A DNA stretch of 64,000 nt, taken from NCBI RefSeq assembly GCF_018977255.1, contig NW_024704742.1, positions 77,192,001 through 77,256,000 on the forward strand. Reading direction: 5' to 3'. The notes under the pieces were generated by a model, which was not told the DNA's origin, did no database searches, and worked only from the letters and a program-made list of their open reading frames with translations. Below are positions 51,222 to 64,000 of the stretch, one piece after another. The translations under genes were made by a program, and so were the position numbers. Position 1 is the first letter of the stretch. Every line of letters starts with the position of its first letter. Origin of the DNA: Callorhinchus milii (lineage: Eukaryota).

Positions 51222-51990
51222 TCATCCTGCCAGTTGATGGGATCTGAGAGAGTTTGCACTGGTTGTATTTGTGTGGGAGAGCAATGCTGGGTGCTGGAGA
51301 CCCAGTAACTCAATAAGTGGAACAGTTTGCAAGGAAGGATGATTGCGATCAGGACACTGGACTCAATTAAACAGCAGCTTGTTAGATGGTTTGTCATTCA
51401 CTGTATTAAAACTATCAGAGAGCAATAGACAAGATAAACAGGATGTTGGGCTATATTGACAAATTAGTTGATCCCCACAAGTCATGCTCAAGCTATACAG
51501 TGCTCTAGTCAGGCTGCATTGTGTATTGTATCCAGTTCTGTCACCACAACATAAGGACAAGCCCTAGAAGCAGTGCAGAGGACAGGAACATGGATGATCC
51601 CCAGTGTTAGAGGGATAAGCCATGAGGAATGATTAGATAAGCTAAAGCTCTTCAGCCTTGAAAAAAGACATCTAAGAGAGAACATTGACAAGATGTATAA
51701 AATGATAAATGGGATTGAGAAACTAAACAGCTATATAGACAGCTATATAGACATCGGGACAAGAAGGCACAGATGCAGAGCTGTGAAGGTAATTTCAGGC
51801 CACACTCCAGGCAGTATTCCTTTACTCAAAGATTATGTAATGACTGGAGTAGGTTACCAGGAAAGGTGATAGAGGAAGGATGCTGGACTCACTTAAATGG
51901 CTTGTATCATGACGATGATATGAATGGCATTCTGGAAGAATGTGATCAAATGGGCCAAGGAGCTTCCTTCATCACAATCTCTGTTATGAC
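51222..51990 (+). mobile_element. Old CR1 3' fragment
   Basis: KLYSALVR, LFSLEKR and YSFTQR-like segments followed by a CR1 3'UTR. Confidence 0.75.
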
Positions 51991-52140
51991 CTCATGCCCT
52001 CTCTCTATGACTTGGCTCGCCGAGCAATTTAATTTATAAAAAAAAGCAATGAACATTTCAGGAATAATTTAGAGTAAAACATAGTGGAAGTTCATTCAAA
52101 CATATAGAGTCTGTTTCTTGGGCTAAAATGTACTTCTTGA

Positions 52141-52826
52141 AACAACAACAACAAGATTTCATTTATAGAGTGCCTTTCACATCGGGAGGACGTCTCAAGG
52201 CACTGGACAGTTGGGTCAGGACCCGAGGAGAGGAGAAATGGTCAGGGTGAGGGGAGGGAAGGGAGGGAGCGGGGAGGGGGTAGAGAGTTGAGAGGGAAGC
52301 TGAAGGCACGGTCAAAGAGAAAGGTCTTGAGACCGGCCTTGAAGGCGGAAAGGGAGGAGGCGGTGAAGGCACTGGGGGATGGAGTTCCAGAGCCTAGGGA
52401 CTGAGAGGCTGAAGGCCCGGCCACCGATGGTAGGGAGGTTGGGGCGGGGGATGTGGAGCAGACCGGAGCCAGAGGAATGGAGGGTACGGGCAGGTAAGTA
52501 GGGGGATAGTAAGTCGGAGAGGTAGGAGGGAGAAGGCCGTGAATGGCCTTGTAGGTGAGGATGAGGATCTTGAATTCGATCCTCTGGGGGATGGGGAGCC
52601 AGTGGAGGCGAGCGAGGGTGGGAGTGATGTGGTCCCGAAGCCTGGTGCGGGACAGTACACGAGCTGCAGAGTTCTGAATGACCTGCAGCTTGTGGAGGGA
52701 GGTGCCGGGAAGGCCGGCGAGGAGAGAGTTCCCATAGTCCAGCCTTGAGGTGATAAAGGCGTGGACCAGAGTTTCAGCAGCGTGAGGGGTGAGGTAGTGC
52801 CGTAGTCTTGCGATGTTTCGGAGATG
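52141..52826 (-). mobile_element. Young L2 3' fragment
   Basis: Near-identical to 281-1015; ORF 52242-52838. Confidence 0.95.
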
Positions 52827-53151
52827 TTTTGGAAGCAATTGAGAGTGATAATCTGGCTTCCTCCAAAATCATATTGACTTCAGGCTGTGGAGAACTCAGG
52901 CATGAATAATAAGACACACAGTTTTTCAAAATTATTAGCAAAGCTAGCTGTGCAAACGTCCAAAGAATGGATAGGGTGGAGACTCATTGTGGAGCGTAAA
53001 CACCAGCACAGAATGGTTGGGCCAAGTAGCCTTTTTCTGTGCTGTACAATCTTTGCAATTCTTTGTCTCTTTAACAATATGAAAATGGTCCATTATTAGT
53101 TCTTGGGATGGCTGATAAACTGCCCCAGGACTTTTGGTTGACTATTTACAC

Positions 53152-53220
53152 CAGGGTGGTCCAACCTTTTGGCTGCTGAGGGCTGGATATTCTATTTCAG
53201 AAATGTCCACGGGTCACATA
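53152..53220 (+). mobile_element. Possible hAT-type MITE terminus
   Basis: cagggtggtccaaccttttggc resembles hAT/Charlie TIRs; the partner end is not clearly seen. Confidence 0.35.
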
Positions 53221-53309
53221 AACAATATTTTTGTGTTTCCCTTCCAGAAACATAGCATAACATTTATGGGTTATGGAGGGAGCAGGTGGGTCAGATGGGG
53301 GGGAGATGA

Positions 53310-55724
53310 ACTCCAGTTGAACCACCCTGGACATTTGGCCCAACTTGTCCACGATGGTATCATCGACAAGGCCATCTCAGACCACTTCCTCAAATCCCTC
53401 TTCTATCATATCACCCTCCCCTCCTTCAAGCCCTCCGCCATCTTATTCCCCCCCAAGGAAAAAGCCTGCTCCTATTCCTCACAAATGCCCTCTCATCCTT
53501 GGACCTTCTCTCCCTCAGTGATCCAGACACAGCCGTCAAGCTGTTGAATGATCACCTCTGATCAACCTTCAATTCCCTTCTCCCCCTGAAAACCAGGTCC
53601 ATCTCCAAGCCTACCTGATCCTCCGGTACAAGAGTCATCTCCACTCCCTCAAATCCCAAACCCAGTTGCTCAAGCGCAGATGGCACAAAACTGGCCTCAT
53701 GGTTCACTGTGAACTGTGGCTTGAGCATTTTCATACTTACCGGCGCTCCCATTCTGAAGCCCAAACCACCTTCTATTTACAGGGCATTCTCAAGGCCAAA
53801 AACAACCCTAAAATCCTGTTCTTCACTACCCAGCCCCTCCTCCATGCCTGCTCTCAAGCAGCCTCGATCCTCACTTCTGATGCCAAGTGCAAAGAGGTCC
53901 TGGATTTCTTTATCTCTAAGAAAGATAAAGTCCGCCTGGCTGCCTCCTCCCTGCCAGAGGTTACCTACCATTTCTCCCCCCATGCCTCCTTCATCCCCTT
54001 CTCCTACCACAGCTCCTACCACAGCCCCCCCCCTCTACACTCCTTTTCCCCCATCTTTCCCACCTCCCTTTCCTCCACTATCACCCAGATGAAGCTCACC
54101 ACCTGCTGCCTCGACCCCCTCCCCACCCAGTTTCTGGTCACTCAACTCTCCCTCCTCTGCCCACTGCTAATTGACACAATCAACCAGTCCCTCTCCTCAG
54201 GCTCTGGCCCCTCCCCCTCAAAACTACCATCATCACCTCCCTCCTTAAAAAACAACAAAATTGCATTTGGCGGGAGGGCGTCCCAACCCTCAATCCCTCC
54301 AAACTCACAAACTTCAGACCCATCTCAAACCTGTTGTTTCTGACCAAAGTTTTGGAACAGGTCATTAGAAATCAAATTTGTTCACATCTCTCCTTCCACT
54401 CCCTACTCAAACCCTTCTTGTCTGATTTTTGCCCTGCCCACAGCACAGAGACAGTGCTTGTCAAAGTAACAAATGACATCCTCTCTCTCCATGACCAGAG
54501 CTCCCTCTGCCTTCTCGCTCTCCTGGACCTCTCCGCCACATTCAACACATTCGATCACGCCATCTTCCTCCGCCTCCTCTCTTCCCTCACCCACCTTAGT
54601 GGGATTGCACTAGCATGGTTGGAGTCCCACTTAACAAACTGCTAACAATACATCTTGACAATTGTTTTTTCCTTCCGCCCCCGCCCGGTCACCGGCGGGG
54701 TACCCCTAAGACACTCCAACCTTGGCCCCTTTTCCTCATCTACCTGCTCGGTCTCGGCGATGTTATCCATAGACATGGGATCAACTTCCACATGTATGCG
54801 TATGACACCCAAATCTATTTCTCCTCCTCTAGCTGTAACTCTCAGTCCGCTGATGTCCTGTCAGCTTGTTTGATGGACATCAAGGCCTGGATGAGTGCAA
54901 ATTTCCTGCAGCTGAATGTCGGTGAGATGGAAGCCATACTCTTTGGCTCCTGTCAATGTCTTCTCTGCTGCAGATCTCAACTCCTCAACTTCCCCGGGGT
55001 CTCCCTCAGACTCACCGAACCGTGCACAAATTAGGCGTCAGCTTCGATCCCCAGCTTTCCTTTCTATCCTACATCAATTCCTACATCATTTCCCTCACCA
55101 GGATAGCTTTTTTCCACCTCCACCACATTGCTCACCTCTGTCCATACCTCACAACCAACCCAGCCAAAACCCTCGTCCACGCCTTCTTCACTTCCCGGCT
55201 GGAATATTCCAATGCCCTCCTCGTTGGTCTCCCAAGCTGCACCATACACAAAATATAATTAATTAAAAACTGTGCAGCCCAGATACTCACCTGCACAAAA
55301 CTCCGCACCCCCATTACACCAGTCCTTGCCAGGCTCCACTTGCTCCCAATTAGTGAACGGATCGATTTCAAGATACTCTCACTTGTTTTCAAATCCCTTC
55401 ATGCCGTGGCACCTCCCTACCTTCCTGCTTAACCCCCATTCCACCACCTGTTGGTTCCGCTCGACTGGCTCAGGCCTCCTGTTTGTCCCTCGTCCCCTCT
55501 GCTCTACCATCAGTGGCCATTGCCTTCAACCACTATGCCCCGAAATTCTGGAACTCTCTCCCTCGATCTCTCTGCCTTACCCTCTCCCTCCCCATCTTCA
55601 AATCCTGCTTAAAGAGTTCCCTCCCTCTCCCCCTGGCTCGTTGTCAGACTCGGCTACTGTCAAGTGCTCCAGGACACTACTCCTCATGAAGGGTGCTATA
55701 TAAATGCAGATTGCTGTTGTTGTT
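53310..55724 (+). mobile_element. Older, longer L2 copy (end of endonuclease, RT, 3' tail), multiply disrupted
   Basis: AISDHF (APE-type SDH motif), [37 protein letters not shown]; many frameshifts; TTG tail. Confidence 0.92.
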
Positions 55725-58084
55725 ATAACTCCATGGTAGTCTCCACCCCTCCTAAATCTCCGCTTTTTATTCCCCACACATACTCCTCTATTTTTCTATT
55801 TGTAATTGAAGACTGATCGATTGCCGTAACCTGTACTTATACTTCTATGAGCCAATGTTCAATCTCAAAGTGGTTTCACCAATCTCCAGTACAAACTTGC
55901 AATTGCATGCTTAAAAGTTAATTTGCGTCAACTGTTTTGAAGTGACTTGGTGAGATTTCTCCTCCAAACAACACGAAAAAGCACACTGTAGACTGAGAGA
56001 CGAGCATCAGAATACATTACACTCTAAATCACATTGAGTTGAGTGTTCTTAATAAGTGATAATTGGCTGTTCTCATCGTTTGTCAAATATTACAAAAGCA
56101 GATCTATTACATGTTGGAATATAAGGGTTAAATGTTACCTCAGTAAACCAATTTTGAAACACTTAGCAACACTCGGAATTCATTAAGGCTAATGTGGTTC
56201 AGACATAGCAGAAAGGAGAGCAAATAAGAGAGAATGAAGTGGAGCTTTCTTTACTTAACCTGGCCTCTCTCACTGGGAAAGCTCACTGATCAGTTGCTTT
56301 CAGACACAGGAAGCTCCAGTTGCAGAAACAAAGACAGCCTTGACTACAGTAAGCAGGTGACACCAGGTCAGGTATCCTTCATTTTGTGCTCAGAGGTTTT
56401 TATCTCTCATTTTTGGTTTTGACAAATGCTTTTATCTTTTGAACTATCCAGGATGTAATTATGTCTTCTATATTAGCCTGCAGCAGGAGTGCACCATACT
56501 TGTGAGCGTCTGCGTGAGAATGTCTAAACACTCAGGTTGTGGTCAGTACTAATGGCTGAAGAGTGCTTTTGCTTGTGTTTTAAGACTTGGCATTCTTCTG
56601 TCTTGCCTCTTGCTGACACTGGATTGCATGGATTGCTTTTGTTATTGTTTACTCTCAGTATTATGCTTTAAAAATGAAACCTGGAGTGGCATGATGTGTC
56701 TGTTTGTGCTAATAATTCCTGAGGCAATACACATGATCCAAATAAAGAATCCTTTAAGAAACTGCTTAATACTGTAAATCTAGAAAGATCAAACAGGATC
56801 TGAACCTTCCTTGCAATCTTTAACCATAATTAATGTTTACAAAAGAAGTTTTTCCCAGTTTCCTGCCAATCAAGTCCCCAGATAGAATTGATCAATCACT
56901 CCATGACTGTTTGTGGGCATTGTCTGCTGCATTTGTTTGCAAATTACACAGTCACTTCACTTTACAGTAAATCTTGTAAGCACTTTGGGATGGTTTGAGA
57001 GTGTGATAAGTCGCTATATCAAACGCAAGACTTATTATTATTGTTTTTATTAATGTTTGTAATGAAGCTGGATTCTGAAGCACATCCTCCATTCTTTGCC
57101 ATCCCAATATCTTAGTCCAGTCACCAGTAAAGACTTAAAACTTGATTTTGAAAACTGACTTTAGACTTGTCTTTTCTGAATGTGATGTTTTATTTTCGCT
57201 CTCCCCTTTCTACTGAAATGAACTAACTGCTGTTAACCATATCATTGTAATGTATACATCTAGAGTGATACAGCACAGAAGCAGGCCATTATGGCAATTA
57301 ATCTATGCTGGTGTTTATACTCCACATGAGTCCTCACCCCTCCGGATCACCATTTTTCCTTTATACCCATCTCCCTCATGTATATGTCAAGTTTTCTCTG
57401 AAATACATCATTCTCCATGGGGGAAAGTCAATGAAAAGTAAGGAAAATAATTGCAAGCTAACTGCAGAAACTATAGCTGGGTCATTTATAGGAAGGTTTT
57501 CCAAAAGTGTAAGGATCGTTTTAGAACATTAAATGGAATTTTCTCACAAGATATTTTCGGTGCAGCTTTGATGGTATTGACCCTCATAATTGCAGGAAAA
57601 TGATCTGAAGTGCTTTGAATGGATGACATTTTTTTAAACTGCCTTTAATGCCAGGACAATGTTTCATTTGTTGCTCCTTTTCAATGAAAGGACTGTTTCA
57701 AGAAAAGCTGAGTTGTATGTCACAGTTAAATAACTATTCTCAATAATAAACTATTCAATTATTTTGAAACTTGTTTTAAACAACTGCTTCCTTCCTGGCC
57801 TTTCACGAGTGGTTACAAATCTGACTGAGAAGAGGCTTACAGTTGAAGAATTTTATCTGAAGTTTCACTGAGCAAGCTCTGTGGGCAGGTCACTGTTCAG
57901 CAGAATAATCGTCAAGCTTAGATCAGAGAAACTTGTTCCATAGACTCTGAACTAGATACATTTTCTCCAATGCCCCCTTCCTTACATTTGAACTCTTGAG
58001 TCTAAAGTTATTACCCACAAACTGCTTACATTCACAACTCTCCAATGTAGGGGGTACATTTCCACTTTTTAAGCATTAGAGCAT

Positions 58085-58583
58085 TCCAAATCATTCAAAA
58101 CTCTGCCGTCCGCATTCTCATCCGCACGAAACTCCGCTCCCCGATCACCCCAGTACTTGCCAGACTGCACTGGCTGCCTATCCCAGAGAGGATCGACTTC
58201 AAGAACCTCACCCTTGTATTCAAGTCCCTGCACTCCTCTGCACCCCCCTACCTCTCTGACCTCTTTCCTCAAAACAGCACCCGTTGCCTTCGTTCCTCCG
58301 GGTCTGGCCTCCTCCTCGTCCCCCGAGTCCTCCATTCCACCCTCGGCGGCCGTGCCTTCAGACACTATGCCCCGAAGCTCTGGAACTGCCTTCCTCACTC
58401 CCTTCGTCTCGCTCCCTCCCTTCCCATTTTCAGGTCTTTGCTGAAGATCTTTCTTTTCGACCGCGCCTTTGGTCACCTTTCTCCCCCTCCCCCTGGCTCG
58501 GCCCCGGGATCCGTTACTGTAAAGCGCTCTGAGATCCCGCCTGGCGTAGAGGGCGGTATATAAATCCAAGTTGTTGTTATTGT
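58085..58583 (+). mobile_element. L2 3' fragment (second subfamily)
   Basis: Reverse complement of 21703-22195. Confidence 0.92.
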
Positions 58584-58689
58584 AGTTCTAAATAGAATTT
58601 GTGGTCTTTTTGTGGTAGTCAGTAAAGGACACTAGATGGCAACACACCCCTCACAGGAAAGGGCAGCTCCCTTCCCAGCCATCATGGAA

Positions 58690-58980
58690 TTCTTTGAAAT
58701 GAGGTGAGTTTGTAGTGTAAATTCTAGCCAATAGAGTTGACGTTGAACACAACAATATCTCACAAACAGCCATTAAGTGAATGACCAATTTTAGCTTAGG
58801 GGCTGTTGCCCTGGATGCTAGGAGAAACTCCCATCTCTTTTTGAATAGTGCCACGGGATCTTTGATGTCCACCTGAATAGATGGACGGTTTAACATCTCA
58901 TCTGCTGGATGGCACTTCTCACAATGCCTTCTCACTACACTTCTCACTACTCCAACACAGCCTCGACTGTGAGCTCAGAG
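58690..58980 (-). mobile_element. Deu-domain SINE fragment
   Basis: tagtgccacgggatctttgatgtccacctgaa...tttaacatctcatctg. Confidence 0.78.
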
Positions 58981-60657
58981 TCTCAACATCTTTTTTAATT
59001 GATGATGAAATAATGTGTGTAACTTTGATGTTAAACAATTCTTTCCTTTATTACAATTCAACAGTCAATAGTTTTACAGAGAACATTGAACCATTGTCAT
59101 AAGGCTCGATAATAGTAGCAGCCAGGTTTCAGAGAATAAAGTATTGATCAGTTCCTATCCCTGGGAGAGAAGCAGGCAGCGGGGAGTCGATCAGATCTGC
59201 ATCACATTGTTCACAACCGAACATTCATTTTATACCTGATTGGGTAGTGTGTAAAGCCCAGACCAATCGAAGAGTGTTTAAAGCTCACAGGCCCTGTACT
59301 GTAAGATATATTCACCGGCTTTGTTCAAACTGCCAGGTGTCTATGTGATGGATGCTGACTAACATATTTTCTCCCAAGTGTTTTTTTCCAATTCTCCTTA
59401 TCAGAAGGCACATTTGTGGTAACCAAAGTCAAGACCACTGTGTTTTTCTGAAAAGATAACATTTTATTTTAACTCTTTCCTTATGCATGGAGCTTGAACC
59501 CACAATCATCTGACTTGGAGACGAGAATGCTACCAATTTGCGAATAAGTTATATTCTAAACCACACTGAGCAAGTGTTTTTTACTAAGTGATAACACCCC
59601 GCTAAAAATAATTAGAAACTCCTCATCAAGAGTTTGATTTTTTGCCTTTCTTCAGTAGATCAACCTAGAGAATACTTTTTTTTAAATAAAAGTTGCAATC
59701 AGTTTGTGTGGCTAGAATTTCCAACCCAGATTGAGCTGGAAGCAATCCCAAACGATGACAATCTCATAAGCAACCTTAAAAGCGCTCGAGACGTTATCCT
59801 GTGTGAAGAGTGATATATAAATGTAAGTTGTTGCTGTTGTTGAAAGAAGTGTGAGACTAAAGCCTGGGAAAGGGGTGCTGCTATCTATTTATTGTCGTGA
59901 GAATTCTCCTGATTTTATTTTTAATTTGCTGATTTACTACCCTGCCCAACCCAGGTATTGTAAATGTGCATAGCCAGGCGAGTGAGTGTAAAGGGTAGAC
60001 GAGAGGCAAAAAAAAATTGATTTGAAAAATATTGAGTTTTCACTGCTAATAATTATCACTTGATCCAAATTATGACATCACTAAAACTTGTGGTCAAACT
60101 TGTTCAGAGTTGTGTACTGGTGTGACCAACTAATTTTTCTTCACTTCCATGCCGCCCCCACCCTCCGCCCCCCCATGCCCTGAAGGCAGATGAAGTTTTC
60201 TGCAGCTGTTAAAATATATATTTAAAATGTGAAAGTCTGCATGGATCCAGTGGATAGAGGCAATGCCCAGTATAGCCGTATGCCATAGAGAAGCTCTTAA
60301 TGTGATCTTGAGCTGTCCTGTGTTAGCTGATAAGCTGGGAGCAGTGGTTGGGATGCTACAATTTTGCCCACGTAACAAAGTTCACTTCCTTTGTAACCAT
60401 TTGCCCCAAAATACAGTTACACCACTTTACAGTATAGTGGTGTGACTGCATTTTGTGAAGCTCTTTGAGACGTCTTGATAACACGATAAGGTACTGAATT
60501 AAATATTATTTGTATTTTGTAATAAAAATGATTTATATTTTATGAAGCAGTTTGAGATTTTTTTTAACACGAAAGACGTTCTACATACATGCAAGCTATT
60601 ACTCTATTATGATTTATTATGATTGCATTTGACTTCTGTGGAAATTTCCTGGAAAAA

Positions 60658-61065
60658 ATAATAATACTCCTTGCATTTGGTCTAGCACTTTTCATATCAG
60701 CAGGACATCCCAAAGAGCATCACAGGATTTACTGTGAGATGGAGTGACTGTGTATATGTAGGCAAACGAGGCAGCCAATTTGTGCACAGCAAGTCTCACA
60801 AACAACCAAGTGAATGATCAGTTTTATTTGAGGAATTGGTGGCCAGGACATTCCCTTCTCTTTTTGAACCGTGCCATGAGATCTTTAACATCCATCCACC
60901 TGAGCAGATGGGACCTCGGTTTTTAACGTCTCATCTGAAGGACGGTACCTCTGACAATGCAACATACCCTCAGCACTGCATTGGAGTGTCAGCTTAGACT
61001 CTATGAGTTCCAAGACTTGATGCAGTGCAAGAACCCACAACCTTTTGACTCGGAGATGAGAGTAC
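60658..61065 (-). mobile_element. Deu-domain SINE, near full length
   Basis: Tail, Deu core (ctcggtttttaacgtctcatctgaaggacggtacctctgacaatgca) and head. Confidence 0.88.
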
Positions 61066-61759
61066 GAATGTGCGCTCTCTCCAAGGAGTACTGCAAACTC
61101 ACTTTACTAGACTACTGAGACCACTAGCAAAAATTGAACTGATTCTGACTTTCTGCAAGAATGTTATTTTGGAGCCAGTTTAGCTCCAAGGAGACCTCAC
61201 TTATTTCTACCCCCACCACAACCCCCACACCCCCACTTCTAAGACAGTCACACAGCTGAGTGGGAGCCTCGAGTGTTGACACAAGGAGAACCTCATGCAG
61301 TTCAGAACAGGTCGTACATCATGAGAGTAAACCTTCTCCAGTATATTGTCACCCAAAAATAAGATTGCTTTCACTCAATTTGCTTCAACATCTCATTTCC
61401 AGATTGGCTTCTCACCATGTCTTGGAATCTAAGTCCTTGAATTGTCCTTGATGCTTACGTCTGAATCCTCTGCACACTTCATTGTCCTTTCTGATTGTAG
61501 AGTTCCCAAACCATCACTCAAGTAAAGAACAATTTGTATCAATTTGTAGTCAAATCCTCCAAAGTGATTAACTTTGTTGAAATTACAGTACTTTGCATTG
61601 CTGGGAATAGGATGCACATTTATACAATCTGTCAACACGGTTATGTAGTATTATGGCATTGCAAGTCTTTGGGTCTAAGTCTTTCATTGTTGACACCGAG
61701 GAGGGTAGCTGATGGGGATGGTGGTCAGGTGCTCTATTGTTTTATTACTTAACACAGTA

Positions 61760-62073
61760 TACAGGCGTCTCCGCTCGACTGTCTCCCGCTTGTCCTTCGC
61801 ACCCTCCGCTCTACCATTGGAGGTCTTACTTTCAGGTACTACCCCCCGAAGCTCTGGAACACTCTCCTTCAATCCCTCCACCTTGCCCCCTCTCTCTCCT
61901 TTTAAGTCCCGCCTGAAAATCTTACTTTTCGACTGTGCTTATGGGCGCCTACCCCCGCCGTCCCCCCTCCCCCCGCCCCCAGCAAACCGTCTCGAATCAG
62001 GCTCCGCCACCGTTAAGTGCACTGAGACACTACGCAACATGGAGGGTGCTGTATAAGTGCAAGTTGTTGTTGT
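61760..62073 (+). mobile_element. L2 3' fragment
   Basis: 3'UTR similar to 58270-58583; tail aagttgttgttg. Confidence 0.8.
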
Positions 62074-63316
62074 AATTTTATAGAGTATGGTCATCACTGA
62101 GTTGCATGCAATGATCTAATCTCAGGATTCAGAGCAAACTCTTCAGAAAGTCACCATTCAATTCATGGCAACTTTTAAAGCCCTCAAGTAGAATTCTGCT
62201 ATTAAATCAGTGACAGTGATTCGATCACGGCTTCTATTTTGTCAGAGTAAGTGATGAAAATGCACATATGGTGAAGCCATAAACAAAAGTAGTAACCAAA
62301 GAGTTAAGGTATAGCCAAGCATCAGAAACAAGCTAACTCTTTGTTTTTCTGGCAGTAACAATCCCGTGTTTGTGGTGAACTGCTGTTAATTCATTTGATT
62401 ATAGAGGGCATCCTACCTCCTACATAGGCAACCTGCATAAGAATAGTCAGTCATGTGAGTCTCGGTGCCTGCTCGATGGCTTGTCACCTAAAGTCGAACA
62501 AAACTTGTACTTTTTGTCAAACTCCAGCAGAAGCGTGGGTTTGGTGTAATACCAATTCTCATGGGGAGGGCTTGGCAAGATTTATCTGTACAAATGATGT
62601 GCTGGGGGGACATGGAGTAAACAGCCCTTGGTCAGATAAATGCTGCCAAGCCCTCAACATGAGGAACTGGTATTACACCAATGAACCATGAATTTAAGTT
62701 TTGGCAGGCATTTCTACTGTAGGAATCATCAAAGCCAAGCTTGATGCATTCCACATGTACACCTTCCAAGAGATGTTCTATGGAAAGCAATTAGGAGTGG
62801 GAATTTGAGCCGATTTCCCCATCCAGGGGCACTGTGGCCAATTATTGCACTTTTTAAAGAACTCTGCTGGAAAGAAAAATGACTTCAAAGTTAAACTGAA
62901 TTCAATAATGTTGTCTGTACGCTCGTAAATCTACGTAAATAAAGGAAATGCGAACTTGGGTGGACTTTCTCCCCTCGATCTGTCAAAATAAAAACAATTG
63001 GGACCAAAACGACCTGTAACAGCTGATCAGTGGATTGCAAGATTGATTGGGATGAAAATTATTTCATCTCATCCTCACAGAATTTGGTCCATCATGTATA
63101 ATGTATATAACATACAATGATTATTGTAAGGAACAGGAGGAGTCCCAGTACAGATCTCTAAGGAATGGAAGGAGTTCCAATTCAGATTCCCGAGGCACCC
63201 GCTTTACAAATGCCTTGAGCCAGACTACAGCCCAATTAAATCTGGCTCACTGCATTTCAGGCCCAGTTCAGTGTTCGATTTTTATAGTTGCATCAAGTCC
63301 AGGAACTGGCGCAGTA

Positions 63317-63365
63317 TTGCAGCAATCTGTTTGCAGCAATCTGTTTGCAGCATCTGTTTGCAGCA
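63317..63365. repeat. Short tandem repeat, 14-bp unit ttgcagcaatctgt (~3.5 copies)
   Basis: Read directly from the sequence. Confidence 0.9.
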
Positions 63366-64000
63366 CGTTCAATGGACGCATGGGAGGTTTCAGCCCAGCC
63401 CACTTCTCAATGTCTTGGTGGTGGGAGGGGGTAATGTGTCCAATTGTAGCCAGTCATTGTCAACTCCATTGATAATTATCACATTGAAATTGCATTTTTC
63501 ACCCCATTAATTATCTCTATACATAATAGTTATGTGTAATTACAAAATACCAGTTATAAGTTTCTGTTCTAAATCTGTCTTCATTGTAACAACAGATTAT
63601 TTTGATCAACACAATATATATTTTCAAACGCAGTCGTCTGTAGTTTTTAGTTTAGTGGAACAAAGGCTCATCTTTACCTGGGGTTCAAGGCTAAAGTTTA
63701 AAATATCCCAATCAGTTACAGTATTTAATAAAGTTAGATGAGAGCAATTGCAAACTATTAAATGCACAATTTGTTTCAAATTGCTTTTCGTTAACATTTA
63801 TTATTGCTCAGAAAGCAATTGCAGTTGAGTTGATTAGAAAATAAATGTATGGTCTGAGTATGGCATGCTTATTATCCCTACCCTGGCTAAGCTCCACTGA
63901 CTCCCGGTACTCCAGATCAACTTTCAGATTCCTGTCTTGTTTTTGACTATCTTGTTCCATCCTACTGCATTCAGCTCTATTCTCCTGCTTGTGCCCTCCC

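Larger units (their letters stand above)
15091..64000 (+). other. NFIA: Intron downstream of the distal NFIA exon (continues past window end)
   Basis: Starts GTGAGT; no NFI exon 2 peptide ([41 protein letters not shown]...) appears in the ORF track or on reading; content is repeats plus unique non-coding DNA. Confidence 0.75.

Noticed and set aside
62440..62790. Possible RTE/Vingi 5'UTR with an HDV-like ribozyme
   Set aside because: I could not build the nested pseudoknot or find a second copy.

Overview
This is vertebrate genomic DNA, most likely a cartilaginous fish (possibly a chimaera), judging from the L2 and CR1 LINEs, Deu-domain SINEs and a tRNA-Ala SINE. Almost every long ORF in the supplied track is a decayed L2 fragment or noise. 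The one host coding feature I recognise is too short for the track: a 96-nt + strand exon at 14995-15090 encoding MKAADSVMAGKASDGSIKWQLCYDMSARTWWM and ending in a phase-0 GTGAGT donor. From memory, this matches the distal alternative N-terminus of nuclear factor I A (mouse MKLADSVMAGKASDGSIKWQLCYDISARTWWM|DEFHPF...). It sits in a ~7.5 kb repeat-depleted island (~10.9-18.4 kb) with uORFs and further candidate non-coding exons. The remaining ~49 kb appears to be intron, as NFI exon 2 is not in the window. The window also holds young inverted L2 and SINE pairs, SINE-derived hairpins, Penelope-type hammerhead remnants, an unclassified element with 95-bp inverted repeats and an unclassified dispersed repeat. 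I see no prokaryote-type system and cannot support a wholly new biological system. Repeat family names are from recall, and repeat boundaries are approximate.
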